This document shows, in pieces, positions 37,186-47,153 of a DNA stretch of 64,000 nt. The notes below the pieces were generated by a model, which was not told where the DNA came from, searched no databases, and was given only the letters and a program-made list of their open reading frames with translations. The DNA lies in contig NZ_JAGRPF010000073.1 of the NCBI RefSeq assembly GCF_020439865.1, positions 10,927 to 74,926 on the forward strand. Direction: 5' to 3'. Source of the stretch: Prosthecobacter sp. (GTDB taxonomy: Bacteria; Verrucomicrobiota; Verrucomicrobiia; Verrucomicrobiales; Verrucomicrobiaceae). The position numbers were made by a program, and so were the translations under genes. The number at the start of each line of letters is the position of its first letter. The stretch's first letter is position 1.

Positions 37186-40100
37186 TACACCAGCGCGGCG
37201 GGCGTTTGCTCTTCCTGTTCCTCGATGGCGGTCAGGCGTTCCTGTTCCTGGTCGAGATCCTCATGGACGGCATCATCACTTCCGCGTTTGGGCTGGTTGG
37301 GGGCGTCGAGCGCCAATTCTTGGACGGTCTTGTCCGAGGTGCGGGTGTCTTCGGTGGTCATGCGAACGCCGACAGGCTTGCTGACACCGAACTCCTGCAT
37401 CGTGACGCCGTAGATCACATCGGCGCGGCTCATGGTGCGCTTGTTGTGGGTGACGATGATGAACTGCGAGTTGTCGATGAAGCTGTCGAGCATCTTGAGG
37501 AAGCGGCCGATGTTCGTTTCGTCGAGCGGGGCGTCGAGCTCGTCCAGCACGCAGAAAGGAGACGGCTTCACCTGATAGATGGAGAACAGCAATGCCACGG
37601 CGGTCATGCTGCGCTCGCCACCGGAGAGGAGGCTGATGGTCTGCAGCTTCTTGCCCGGCGGTTTGGCAATGATTTCGATGCCGGACTCGAGCGGGTCGGT
37701 CTCGTCCACGAGCATGAGGTCGGCCTTGGCCTGGGCGCCGAAGAGTTCGCGGAAGTTGTTGTGGAAGAATCCGCGCACGAGTTGGAACGTCTCGCTGAAC
37801 ATGGTCTTCGTCGTCTCGTTTATCTTGGCGATGACCTGCAACAGTTCGTCCTTCGATTTGACGAGATCGTTGTGCTGGGTCTCGAGGAAGTTGTGACGTT
37901 CTTCGAGCTCTTCGAATTCCTGAATGGCGTCAAGATTGACGGGGCCGATGCCTTCGAGCTTCTGTCGAAGTTCATAGACGACCTCCATGACGAACGCCCA
38001 GTCGGGTTGCGCTTCATCTCCTGGAATGACGACTTCGTCGATGTCCACTTCGTCATCATCGCGGTTGGAGACGGCGCGGATCTCGGGTGCCTCGGCCGCT
38101 TCATTTTCCGCAGCGGATTCCTCCTCGGCCGGTTCGGATTCAGTGACGGCTGCCTCCATCGCATCGCCATTGGATTCGCCCTGCTCGGCGGCATTGGCCG
38201 CAGTCTTCTTGCCGCGGTTGCGGTTCTTCTTCTGCTCCTCAATGGTGACCATGAGGACATGGTAGTCCGGCTCAAATGCCTCGATGTGGAAGCTGTAGCG
38301 CTCCTGCACCTGATTGATGAGATTTTCGAGGCGAAGATCAACGCGGGTGAGCGCGACCTCGGCGCGGTTGCGTGATTCGTTGAGGCCGTTGTAGCTCTGG
38401 CGGAGCTGCGTGAGCTGAGCTTCGAGCTGGCTGACCTGCTCAAACAATCCGGCTCGCTCCTCGGTTTTGGACTGCAGGTGTTCTTCGATGCCGGTGATGG
38501 CACCACGCTGGGACTCTATCTGCTCCTGGAAGCGCGCGTTTTCGGCGTCGCTTTGCTGGATGCGCATGCGCCAGGTGTTGATCTCTTCGGCGAAACGGTT
38601 CACGCCCGCCTGAAGCTCCTGCAGGCGCACGCCGAGCGGAGCCTTCTGCCGCTCGATGGAATTGAGCGCGCTCTGTTCGAGGGCGAGGGCCGTGCGCAGT
38701 TCGTTGAGACGTTCGCTGGATTCGAGCTCACGGCGAAGGAAGGACTCCATTTCGAGCTCAAGCTCGCCTTCGCGGACGCGGGAGCTTTCGAGCTGCTCTT
38801 GGGCGATGGCCGCTGCTTCGCGCAGTTGCTGGATCTGGCTTTCGGAACCGCCGATGCGCTCCTGAATCTGATTCTGATCCCACTCGATGCTTTCGAGTTT
38901 CGCGGTGGCTTGTTGCAGGGCGCGCTGCACGACGCTGATCTTGCCCTGAAACTGGGAGAAGCCCTCGCGTGCGCGCTGGGACTGCTCTCGAAGAGAGACC
39001 TCCTCCCGCTGCATCTCTTCGAGCTTCGCGCTGACGGCGTTCACCGCGTCTTCCTTTTCCATGAACTGCATCTCGAGTGCCTCCACTTCGGTGCGAAGCT
39101 GACGCACTTCGGCTTCACGGCGCAGCGTGGAGGATTCCTCCTCCTTGGTGGCTCCGCCGGAGATGACGCCGTTGGTGGTGATGAACTCACCGCGGATCGT
39201 GGCGATGGCGAGATGCGGCATCTCGCGCTTCATGCGCAGCGCGGTGTGGAGATCATCAACGATGACCACATTGTGCAAAAGATGATCGATCAGGCTCTGC
39301 ACGCCCGTCTTGACGCGAACCTTGTCCGTGGCCCAGGCGATGGCGCCGGCGGGCATCAGTTCGCGATCTGCAGCACTGCGCAGGTTGCAGAAGTCATGCG
39401 GCACGAGCGCGGCTCGCCCCATCTTATGGTCGGTGAGGCGGTCGATGATCTGTGCGGCGAGTTCGCTCTCTGTGAGCAGGACGGCCTGCAGATGATCCTT
39501 CAGAGCGGCTTCGATGGCGGGAATGAAGTCGGGGTCGACCTCGATGCTGGAGGCAAGCAATCCGCGGATGCCGGTGGAATACACTTCCGGATTGTCGAGT
39601 CCGCTGAGCACTTTCTGCGTGCCGGAGGAGAGGCCTTCGCCTTTCTGCAGCAATTGTTCGATGATCTCGAGACGTGACTTCCGCTGCGTGAGATTGCGCT
39701 GGAGGTCGTTGAGCTCGTTGTTCATCGCGTCGCGCTGACGGCGGCGCTCGATCATTTCACGGGCGCAGTCCTTGGCCTTTTCGTCGAGCTGATTGCGCGT
39801 CTCTTCGAGCTCCTGAATGTTGCGCTGAAGTTCGTCGAATTCGATCTGGCTTGTTTCGCGCGCCTGCTGCGCTGTCTGACGATCATGAGCAAGGGATTCA
39901 TGCCGCTGGCGGTCGCCTGAGATCTGGTTGCTCAACGACTGGGCGCGGGCTTCGCTGGCGGCAATCTGTCCTTCAAACTGACGGATCGCCTCACGAATGG
40001 CACGACGGTCTGTTTCGAGACGGTTGCGCTCGGGAAGGATGCTCTGATGGAGGCTCGCATGCTCGCTCACTGCCTGCTGGCGCATCTGAATGTTATCAGT

Positions 40101-41147
40101 AATAGCGAGTAGCTGTTCATCAGCATTTGCAAGATCGCGGCGTGCCTGATCAAGCAGCTCTTCATTGGCGGCGATCTGTTCTTCGTTCTGGCGGATGCGG
40201 CCTTCGAGTTCTTCGCTGCGCTCTTTGTTGAAACCGATGCGGCCTTCGGCACTCTGCATCTGCGAGCGGAGTTCCTGCGCCTGCTGGCGGGCCTGGCTGA
40301 TCTGAGATTCGAGTGCGTGATACGCTTCGCGTGTTTGGGCAGCTTCTGTCTCGGCGGTTTGCAGTTTGCGCTGCAGTTCCTCGATCTGATTCGCCATCAT
40401 GCGCACCTGATTTTCAGCTTCGGATTTCTCACCGCTGAATTCGGTATACTGCTTGTGAGCGAGGTGCGTGTCGAGCAGGCGGGTGTCTTCGAGCAGGGCC
40501 TGATAGCGGCGGGCTTTGGCCGCCTGGCGTTGCAGAGTGCCCATCTGCCTCTTCACTTCCGCGATGATGTCGGCCACGCGGAGGAGGTTGGCCTCGGTGT
40601 ATTCGAGTTTGCGGAGGGCTTCCTTTTTCTGCGATTTGAATTTGGTGATGCCCGCGGCTTCTTCGAAGACCGTGCGGCGGTCTTCGGGCTTCGAACTCAG
40701 AAGCATGTCAATCTGGCCCTGCGCCATGATCGAGTAGGCCGCACGACCGATGCCGGTGCCGGCAATGAGGTCGTGGATGTCCTTGAGTCGGCAGACCGTG
40801 TTGTTGAGACGGTATTCGCTGCGACCGTCACGGAACACACGACGAGTCAATGCGACCTCGTTGAAGTCGACGTTGAGCGACTGCTCGCAGTCTGCCATCG
40901 TGAGCGTGACTTCGGCGAGGCCCACTGGCTTGCGCTTGTCGGTTCCATTGAAGATGACATCGGCCATCTCATCGCCGCGCAGTGCTTTGGCGGAGGTTTC
41001 GCCGAGGACCCAGCGGATGGCATCGACGACGTTCGATTTGCCGCAACCGTTGGGGCCGACAATGCCGGTCACACCTTTGTGAAACTCAAAGTGGGTCTTG
41101 TCGGCAAAGGACTTGAAGCCGTGAAGGGTAAGGCTCTTGAGGTACAT
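37185..41147 (-). CDS. smc: Chromosome segregation protein SMC (about 1320 aa)
   Basis: MYLKSLTLHGFKSFAD, GPNGCGKSN, RVFRDGRSEY, hinge G..G.L, LSGGE, PFCVLDELDAPLD, VTHNK. Confidence 0.97.
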   Translation of the reverse strand: MYLKSLTLHGFKSFADKTHFEFHKGVTGIVGPNGCGKSNVVDAIRWVLGETSAKALRGDEMADVIFNGTDKRKPVGLAEVTLTMADCEQSLNVDFNEVALTRRVFRDGRSEYRLNNTVCRLKDIHDLIAGTGIGRAAYSIMAQGQIDMLLSSKPEDRRTVFEEAAGITKFKSQKKEALRKLEYTEANLLRVADIIAEVKRQMGTLQRQAAKARRYQALLEDTRLLDTHLAHKQYTEFSGEKSEAENQVRMMANQIEELQRKLQTAETEAAQTREAYHALESQISQARQQAQELRSQMQSAEGRIGFNKERSEELEGRIRQNEEQIAANEELLDQARRDLANADEQLLAITDNIQMRQQAVSEHASLHQSILPERNRLETDRRAIREAIRQFEGQIAASEARAQSLSNQISGDRQRHESLAHDRQTAQQARETSQIEFDELQRNIQELEETRNQLDEKAKDCAREMIERRRQRDAMNNELNDLQRNLTQRKSRLEIIEQLLQKGEGLSSGTQKVLSGLDNPEVYSTGIRGLLASSIEVDPDFIPAIEAALKDHLQAVLLTESELAAQIIDRLTDHKMGRAALVPHDFCNLRSAADRELMPAGAIAWATDKVRVKTGVQSLIDHLLHNVVIVDDLHTALRMKREMPHLAIATIRGEFITTNGVISGGATKEEESSTLRREAEVRQLRTEVEALEMQFMEKEDAVNAVSAKLEEMQREEVSLREQSQRAREGFSQFQGKISVVQRALQQATAKLESIEWDQNQIQERIGGSESQIQQLREAAAIAQEQLESSRVREGELELEMESFLRRELESSERLNELRTALALEQSALNSIERQKAPLGVRLQELQAGVNRFAEEINTWRMRIQQSDAENARFQEQIESQRGAITGIEEHLQSKTEERAGLFEQVSQLEAQLTQLRQSYNGLNESRNRAEVALTRVDLRLENLINQVQERYSFHIEAFEPDYHVLMVTIEEQKKNRNRGKKTAANAAEQGESNGDAMEAAVTESEPAEEESAAENEAAEAPEIRAVSNRDDDEVDIDEVVIPGDEAQPDWAFVMEVVYELRQKLEGIGPVNLDAIQEFEELEERHNFLETQHNDLVKSKDELLQVIAKINETTKTMFSETFQLVRGFFHNNFRELFGAQAKADLMLVDETDPLESGIEIIAKPPGKKLQTISLLSGGERSMTAVALLFSIYQVKPSPFCVLDELDAPLDETNIGRFLKMLDSFIDNSQFIIVTHNKRTMSRADVIYGVTMQEFGVSKPVGVRMTTEDTRTSDKTVQELALDAPNQPKRGSDDAVHEDLDQEQERLTAIEEQEEQTPAALV

Positions 41148-41258
41148 GGCAGGAAGGGGAAAGGGGATGGACGGAAACGAGTGCTGAGGTGGAGTGAACC
41201 ATTCCACAGCCCATGCCCGCAAGAATGAAGGCGATTTTTTACCCTATCTTGGGTGTGC

Positions 41259-41332
41259 TTAAGATATCTTAAACAAGATGTGGGATTTTCGGCCTCTTAA
41301 AACCTGTGAATAAACGCAACGGCTGTGAACAA
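41259..41332. promoter_or_regulatory. AT-rich smc upstream region with a 14-bp palindrome and two DnaA-box-like 9-mers
   Basis: TTAAGATATCTTAA (41259-41272); TGTGAATAA (41305-41313, matches TTWTNCACA); TGTGAACAA (41324-41332, one mismatch). Confidence 0.5.
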
Positions 41333-41335
41333 GTT

Positions 41336-43171
41336 TCAATACACCGCTTTGCGATGAAAAAGAAAGCTCTCCAAAAGCAGCAGTCCCAACGCCAGCCAGA
41401 TCAAACGCTGCGGCCACGTGCTAAAGGCGGAGGCAGTGATGATAGGGACTGCCGGTTGGATAGCATCCACCGTGTCCGCGGGACGGACGGGAAGATTTGT
41501 TTCGGCATCGGAGATCAAAGCACACGCGCCGCTCCGGTTTTCACCCGTTTCCCAACGGCCGATGCGATTGAGTGCCAGCAGGCCGTGCGAGGGATCATCT
41601 GAGACATCGACGAAGCCGTCTCCGTTCCAAGCGCGCCATTGAACGAGACTGTCGGTGTGGAGCATGTCGCCGGTATGGAGAGTGCGGACATCGGCGAGGG
41701 CATCGCTGTTTTCAGCACACCAGTAAAGAGCATTGCCAAGGATGAGCGGGAACGATGGCAGAAGGGCGAGTTGTTCGGACTGTGCAGGCGAGAAGGCAGT
41801 TACCACGAGGCGCCGGCCGTTGAATTCGCCAGCGGCGAGAACGGGTTCGTTGCCGGCGATCCACAGAGGTTCGATCGAGCTTGGAAGATCCAGCAGGGTG
41901 GTTTGAGTGACCGCAATGCGACTGCTGCTGGCGCGGAAAAGCACGGGATGATCGGGTTGCACGGAACGCACGCTGTCGTGCGGCAGGCTGTTGATGGTTC
42001 GTGTGCGCAGCGGGCCGGAACTGGTCAAAGGAGTCAATGCAATCACCGGGCGATCGGTTGGCAAGTTTTTCGGCAGCCAATGTTCAAAGACATACACATC
42101 CGGCTGTTCTTTCGGCGGCCAGGCGGCGGGATCTCCTTTCCGCATTTCGATGCGACCTGCTTCGATCAGGGAGGAAAGAGCAAGTTCGGTGAAGGGATCG
42201 GGCTTCTGGGCAAACCAAGCGACGGTAAGAGGCTTGGTTTTCGGGAGCGGTGCGGCAAGACCATCATCCCAACCGAAGCAGTCTCCTGCGGTTTTCAGCC
42301 GCATCTCGAGGCCTTGTCCACGAACGCCTTCGAGCGGAAGAATCAGCACACTGGATTCACCGGGCGAGAGATCGATCTCACGAAGTTGTGCGATGCGTCC
42401 GGCGATGGAGATTTCGAGCGTGGAGGTGGTCTTCGCCGGATTGCCAGCCGCAGCGCTGACTTTGACAAAGGCTTCGTAGCGATCGCGCGCGAGCGGACTG
42501 TGACGGATCTGAAATCCAGTGATACCGACATTGAGCGGTTCAGAAAGTGCGACGGGAATGAGATCGACGGAGGCGTCGGCAACCGGTTTGGAATCGGTCG
42601 CCATCCAGATGCGTGAGTGTGATTCGAGATCGGCAAGACGTTGGGCGACGTTCAACGCGTTGTCCGGCTTCCCTTCGACGGGAGTTGGGGAAAGTTCATC
42701 GATCAGGCGCAGGCATTCGCGTCGATTACGACTGCGTGAGAGCAACACGCTTGGCCGCGCATCGAAAGAGATGAGGGAAAGGACGACCTGATCAGGAAGC
42801 GAACGGAGGCGTTCCTTCAAGAGTTGCCTGGCCTCGTCGAGCCTCGTTTGGCCCTGCAAATCCTTCGCGGCCATCGAAGCGGAGCAATCGACTACTACGA
42901 CAACAGCGCCAATAGAGTTGGCGGCGATGTTTCCGCTGGGGCGTGTCAGAGCGAGAATAGCAAACAGCAACACGAGCAGCGTCAGCAGAAGGGAGAACCA
43001 CTTTTTGATGCGGCGCAGCCAGGCAGATTCTTGATGCTCACGAGCCAGTGATTTGAAGAACAGCAGAGTCGAAACAGGAACCCGTTTCGCCTGGCGGCGA
43101 AACAACCACAGCGCCAGCGGGATCAAGGCAAGCCAGGCAAGGTGAAGGTAGCTGGGGTTCAGGAGGCGCAT
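41336..43171 (-). CDS. BatA-N / von Willebrand factor A domain membrane protein
   Basis: LALIPLALWLFRR...VSTLLFF BatA N-terminus, ALTRP, VVVDCSASM MIDAS, C-terminal TM LLLLESFL. Confidence 0.87.
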   Translation of the reverse strand: MRLLNPSYLHLAWLALIPLALWLFRRQAKRVPVSTLLFFKSLAREHQESAWLRRIKKWFSLLLTLLVLLFAILALTRPSGNIAANSIGAVVVVVDCSASMAAKDLQGQTRLDEARQLLKERLRSLPDQVVLSLISFDARPSVLLSRSRNRRECLRLIDELSPTPVEGKPDNALNVAQRLADLESHSRIWMATDSKPVADASVDLIPVALSEPLNVGITGFQIRHSPLARDRYEAFVKVSAAAGNPAKTTSTLEISIAGRIAQLREIDLSPGESSVLILPLEGVRGQGLEMRLKTAGDCFGWDDGLAAPLPKTKPLTVAWFAQKPDPFTELALSSLIEAGRIEMRKGDPAAWPPKEQPDVYVFEHWLPKNLPTDRPVIALTPLTSSGPLRTRTINSLPHDSVRSVQPDHPVLFRASSSRIAVTQTTLLDLPSSIEPLWIAGNEPVLAAGEFNGRRLVVTAFSPAQSEQLALLPSFPLILGNALYWCAENSDALADVRTLHTGDMLHTDSLVQWRAWNGDGFVDVSDDPSHGLLALNRIGRWETGENRSGACALISDAETNLPVRPADTVDAIQPAVPIITASAFSTWPQRLIWLALGLLLLESFLFHRKAVY

Positions 43172-43174
43172 GCG

Positions 43175-44275
43175 TCATTTGCGCAACTCTTCCAGCGCCT
43201 GCTTCAGGTGGCCTTCGATCACGTCTTTGCTCACGTAGGCTTCGCCAATCTTGCGCAGGAGCACGAAGCGGACCTTGCCGTTTTCGAATTTTTTGTCCAT
43301 GCGCGCGATCCGCATGATTTCCTCGATGTCGAGATTGTCCGGGAGACGAACAGGAAGGTCGCAAAGTTTCAGCAGCGCGATGATGCGGTCGTAGTCTTCG
43401 GCGGTGAGATCTGAAATCTGCACGGAAAGCCACGCGGCGGCACGAATGCCAAGGCTGATGGCCTCGCCGTGAAGCAATGTGCCGTAACCGGCAGCGGCTT
43501 CGATGGCGTGGCCCAGCGTATGGCCGAAATTTAGAAGCGCACGGGTGCCGATGGTTTCATATTCATCAGCTTCAACAATGACAGCCTTGATGGCGATGTT
43601 GCGACGGATGAGTGCAACGATGTCGCCTTTGCCTGCGGCGACATCCTCGATGGCCTTAAACATGGAGGCGTCGCGAATGCAGGCGTGCTTGATGATCTCA
43701 GCGAAGCCTTCGTTCCACTCGCGTTCCGGCAAGGAGTTCAGCGTGTCGAGATCGGCGATGACATGCACGGGCTGATGGAAGCAGCCGACCATGTTCTTGG
43801 CATTTGGCAGATTGACGCCGGTCTTCCCGCCGACGGAGCTGTCCACCTGGGAGAGCACGGTGGTCGGAACCTGAACGTAGGGGATGCCGCGCTGATAAAC
43901 GGCTGCGCAGAAGCCGGCCAGATCGCCGATGACGCCACCACCCAGGGCAACGACGAAGCTTTTGCGGTCGAGCCCAGCCCTGACCATCTCTCCGAGCACG
44001 AATTCGCTCGAGGAAAGCGATTTGGAAGACTCGCCCGCCGGCACGGTGATGAGGTGTGGCTGTTTGCCAACTGCGCGCAGACTTTGCAGCACGGTTTCGG
44101 CATAGAGGGGGCCGACATTGGAATCCGTCACCACCGCGCAACTGATTCGATCGGGGAGCTTCTTGTTGACCTCTTCGCCCAGAGTTTTGAGCTGGTCACG
44201 CCCGACCTGCACGAGGTAGCTGCGGGGACCTAGGTTGACGAAGACGGGGCGGACGGGCTGGACGGGCGGAGGCAT
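43175..44275 (-). CDS. aroB: 3-dehydroquinate synthase
   Basis: GESSKS, ALGGGVIGDLAGF, VPTTVLSQVDSSVGGKTGVN, LNFGHTLGHAIE, LHGEAIS. Confidence 0.96.
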   Translation of the reverse strand: MPPPVQPVRPVFVNLGPRSYLVQVGRDQLKTLGEEVNKKLPDRISCAVVTDSNVGPLYAETVLQSLRAVGKQPHLITVPAGESSKSLSSSEFVLGEMVRAGLDRKSFVVALGGGVIGDLAGFCAAVYQRGIPYVQVPTTVLSQVDSSVGGKTGVNLPNAKNMVGCFHQPVHVIADLDTLNSLPEREWNEGFAEIIKHACIRDASMFKAIEDVAAGKGDIVALIRRNIAIKAVIVEADEYETIGTRALLNFGHTLGHAIEAAAGYGTLLHGEAISLGIRAAAWLSVQISDLTAEDYDRIIALLKLCDLPVRLPDNLDIEEIMRIARMDKKFENGKVRFVLLRKIGEAYVSKDVIEGHLKQALEELRK

Positions 44276-45168
44276 GGAAAAAGTTCGAAGAGTCGTGTCA
44301 GCGCGTACTCTGCCGCCGGAAGGGAATCGAGGCAAATCGTTTGGAAGCAGCGTTCACGACGAAACCAGGTAATCTGGCGTTTGGCATAGTGCCGGGTGGA
44401 CTGCTGAATGGCCGCGATGGTCTGATCCAGTGTCGCGCGCCCGGCGAGATGTTCGCGCACTTCGCGCACACCGATGGCCTTTTCAGAAGTGGGTGAGAGC
44501 GGCCCCAGCGCTGAGACCTCCGAGATCAATCCGGAGTCGAACATGGTGAGCGTGCGCTGGTTGATGCGCTGATAAAGCGTCTCGCGATTCCATTCGAGGG
44601 TCACGCCGTTCACCTGCGGCTTGGTTTCTTCGAATGAGCGGCGTAGGCCGGACTGGGGGCGCCCGGTCAGCAGGCATATCTCGAGGGCACGCTCGACATA
44701 GCGGGGATTGCGCAGATTTACGGTGGTGGCAGCTTCGGGATCCCGCTGCATAAGCCACACGATTTTTTCACCCGGGCTGAGATGCTTGAACCGTTCGCGC
44801 AAGGAGGGGGAGGCGGCAGGGAGCGGTGAAAGCCCATGGGTGAGCGCCTTCACGTAGAGCCCTGAGCCGCCGACGACGATGGGAGTTCGTCCCCGCGCAG
44901 CGATGTCTTGGATGACCGGGACAGCCAGCGAGTGGTAGCTTTGTGCATCGCAGGACTCAGTGAGCGGCAGCACACCGTAAAGATGATGCGGCACGCGGCC
45001 TCGTTCGGCGGCCGTGGGCTTTGCCGTAAGGATGTCCATTCCGTCGTAAAGCTGAAAGGCATCCGCATTGACGATTTCTCCACCGATGTTTTCGGCAAGG
45101 GCAACGGCCAAAGCCGATTTGCCCGACGCGGTGGGGCCGGTGATGAAAAAGGTTTTGGAAGGGAGCAT
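44230..45168 (-). CDS. miaA: tRNA dimethylallyltransferase
   Basis: GPTASGKS, NADAFQLY.GMDILTAKP, VGGSGLY, YAKRQITWFR; 3' end overlaps the aroB start by 46 bp. Confidence 0.96.
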   Translation of the reverse strand: MLPSKTFFITGPTASGKSALAVALAENIGGEIVNADAFQLYDGMDILTAKPTAAERGRVPHHLYGVLPLTESCDAQSYHSLAVPVIQDIAARGRTPIVVGGSGLYVKALTHGLSPLPAASPSLRERFKHLSPGEKIVWLMQRDPEAATTVNLRNPRYVERALEICLLTGRPQSGLRRSFEETKPQVNGVTLEWNRETLYQRINQRTLTMFDSGLISEVSALGPLSPTSEKAIGVREVREHLAGRATLDQTIAAIQQSTRHYAKRQITWFRRERCFQTICLDSLPAAEYALTRLFELFPCLRPSSPSAPSSST

Positions 45169-45188
45169 GCGCTTACCGCAAATGCGGT

Positions 45189-45356
45189 TTAATGCGCGGT
45201 TCCTTCGATCTTGCGACCGACTTTTTCGATTCCTTGGCCGGTTTTGTAGAAGGCGTGGTCGATGCCACGTCCGACACGGGTGGCAGGACCGCCACCACCG
45301 CGGCAGGCAGAAAGGGTGAGAACGGTGAGGCAGAGGATGGAGGCGATGATTTTCAT
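45189..45356 (-). CDS. Small (55 aa) lipoprotein missed by the ORF track
   Basis: Hand translation MKIIASILCLTVLTLSA|CRGGGGPATRVGRGIDHAFYKTGQGIEKVGRKIEGTAH*; lipobox LSAC. Confidence 0.75.
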   Translation of the reverse strand: MKIIASILCLTVLTLSACRGGGGPATRVGRGIDHAFYKTGQGIEKVGRKIEGTAH

Positions 45357-45455
45357 ATGCGGCATTTTAAGGTGCCAGTCCTCAGACTCAAGTTCCGAGT
45401 GTCCGGGTGGCAGGCATCGGAGATTCTCGATTCGGAAGCTGCAGCGGACGCTGAT

Positions 45456-46808
45456 TCAGCGTGGAATCGTAAATGTGCCGCCGCAGGCGTTGGCGATTTG
45501 CTGGAGCAGCGAGGCCTGCTCAAAGCCTTGCGCGGGCTCTTCACCGATGGCTATGGTGTGAATGCGAACCTGAAATGTTTCATGGATGCGTTTGGCGAGA
45601 TCAAGCACCTGGTCCGGAGTGCCATCACTGGGGGAACCGTCGCTGAGGAAGTAAATCGCGTCGATGTTGCCGGCAGGGAGAATCTTGGTGAGCGTGAGAT
45701 TGAGCGCTTCGCACATCGGGGTGCCACCGTTGGCTTGAATGCGTTCGACGAAACGAACCGCCTGCTTGTGATTTTTTTCGTCGTCCTGCGCGATACCGCG
45801 TCCGGAAAAGCATGACTCGACATCCTCCCCGAAGGTGACGATGCCGTAGCGCAGTTTGCTGGATGTGTTCTGCATGGCGACCAGCAGGTCGCTCATCTGC
45901 CCCTTGAGTTTGCTGATGCGGTTTTCGAAGTCCATGCTGCCGCTGACGTCGAGAATAAAGAGCGCCCCCTTTGCTCGAAACTCCACGCCGTAGAAAGACG
46001 CCATGTTCATGGTGGGATCCTCGTCGAGCGGCTTGAGCAGCTTCTGAAGTTTGAGGTAGTTGTCGAAATCGGAACGGGCGAGCATTTTCCAAGGGATGTT
46101 GGGTCCTTGTTCCGTGAGCCAGGTTTTCCACTTGGTGTCGTCTTCGACAAAATCCTGACCGGTGAGGCGGTACAGCGAGCAGCGGACAGTGTGACCGATG
46201 GAGTCGTCACGGAGCTGCGGCAGCAGGGATTGAATCGCCAGCGCGCTGCGCATTCCTCCAAGGGCCTCTGCGGCGCAGGCGCGCATGACATGGGCATTGG
46301 CTGGGTCGAGCATCGCAGCGATGCGCGCGACCACGACTTCAGGGTTGTCCTGAAACGCTCCGAGAGCCTTGGCCGCCAAGGCAACGCGTTCGGGATTACG
46401 CACGTCTGACAAGGGGCCTTTGAGCTGCGTGATCAGGCTCCAGAAGAAACCACGAGTTTCCAGCAGGCCGATATCGGCAAAAAAAAACAAGGTCTCGTCA
46501 TCACAAGAAGGATGTTTGTTCAGCCAGTCCGCAAGCATCCGGCGAGCCTCACCTGAGGGCCAGGAGGCGACTATTTCGGCTAGGCGCATCTTGATGCCGA
46601 TTCCCACGCGCTTGTCACCCACGAGAGTGAGCACGGTGTCAGCGGCCATTTTGTGAGTGTGGAGCTCTTTGAGGGGGGCCAGGGCCTCCTGGTTGCCGCT
46701 GCGAACGTTTTTGACAATGCTTTTGAGCAGCGCCTCGCCTTCGTCAGCCGCAGGCGAGGGGAGTGCGGCAAACAAGATCAACACACACAAGTTTTGAGAG
46801 AGGCGCAT
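45456..46808 (-). CDS. Secreted HEAT-repeat plus vWA-domain protein
   Basis: Signal peptide; CAAEALG..L.RLTGQDF...W..W; FYG; FILDVSGSM MIDAS; GGTP; YFLSDGSP. Confidence 0.82.
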   Translation of the reverse strand: MRLSQNLCVLILFAALPSPAADEGEALLKSIVKNVRSGNQEALAPLKELHTHKMAADTVLTLVGDKRVGIGIKMRLAEIVASWPSGEARRMLADWLNKHPSCDDETLFFFADIGLLETRGFFWSLITQLKGPLSDVRNPERVALAAKALGAFQDNPEVVVARIAAMLDPANAHVMRACAAEALGGMRSALAIQSLLPQLRDDSIGHTVRCSLYRLTGQDFVEDDTKWKTWLTEQGPNIPWKMLARSDFDNYLKLQKLLKPLDEDPTMNMASFYGVEFRAKGALFILDVSGSMDFENRISKLKGQMSDLLVAMQNTSSKLRYGIVTFGEDVESCFSGRGIAQDDEKNHKQAVRFVERIQANGGTPMCEALNLTLTKILPAGNIDAIYFLSDGSPSDGTPDQVLDLAKRIHETFQVRIHTIAIGEEPAQGFEQASLLQQIANACGGTFTIPR

Positions 46809-47002
46809 GGCGATTTCGATTTGCGATAGTCCGATACCGTCCTGCCAGCGACCGTTGGCCGCCAAGTTGGGATGGTGTTGTTGATGCAGATTATGGGGCT
46901 GAAACGAGCAAACCAAGCTGAAAGATGGAAGTCTAACGCTGCAGTTGGAGCGGTTGGTCCGCCGGGATTTTTCGACTCTTTCGCAAAGATTGGAAATAAT
47001 CT

Positions 47003-47030
47003 TTGACAGATACCCCCACCGTCCTACTTT
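47003..47030 (+). promoter_or_regulatory. sigma70 promoter of the tRNA-Thr/tuf operon
   Basis: TTGACA-N16-TACTTT followed by a GC-rich discriminator (CGGCCC), as in stable-RNA promoters. Confidence 0.7.
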
Positions 47031-47153
47031 CGGCCCACTTTTTCGGTAAAAGGCCGGGGTGTATTGTCTCTTGATCTCAATCAAGGAGGCTTTCATATCC
47101 CGGTTTTCTTGTCGAAAGAGGAGGAGGTCTCTCACAGGGCCGCCGCCGGTTAA

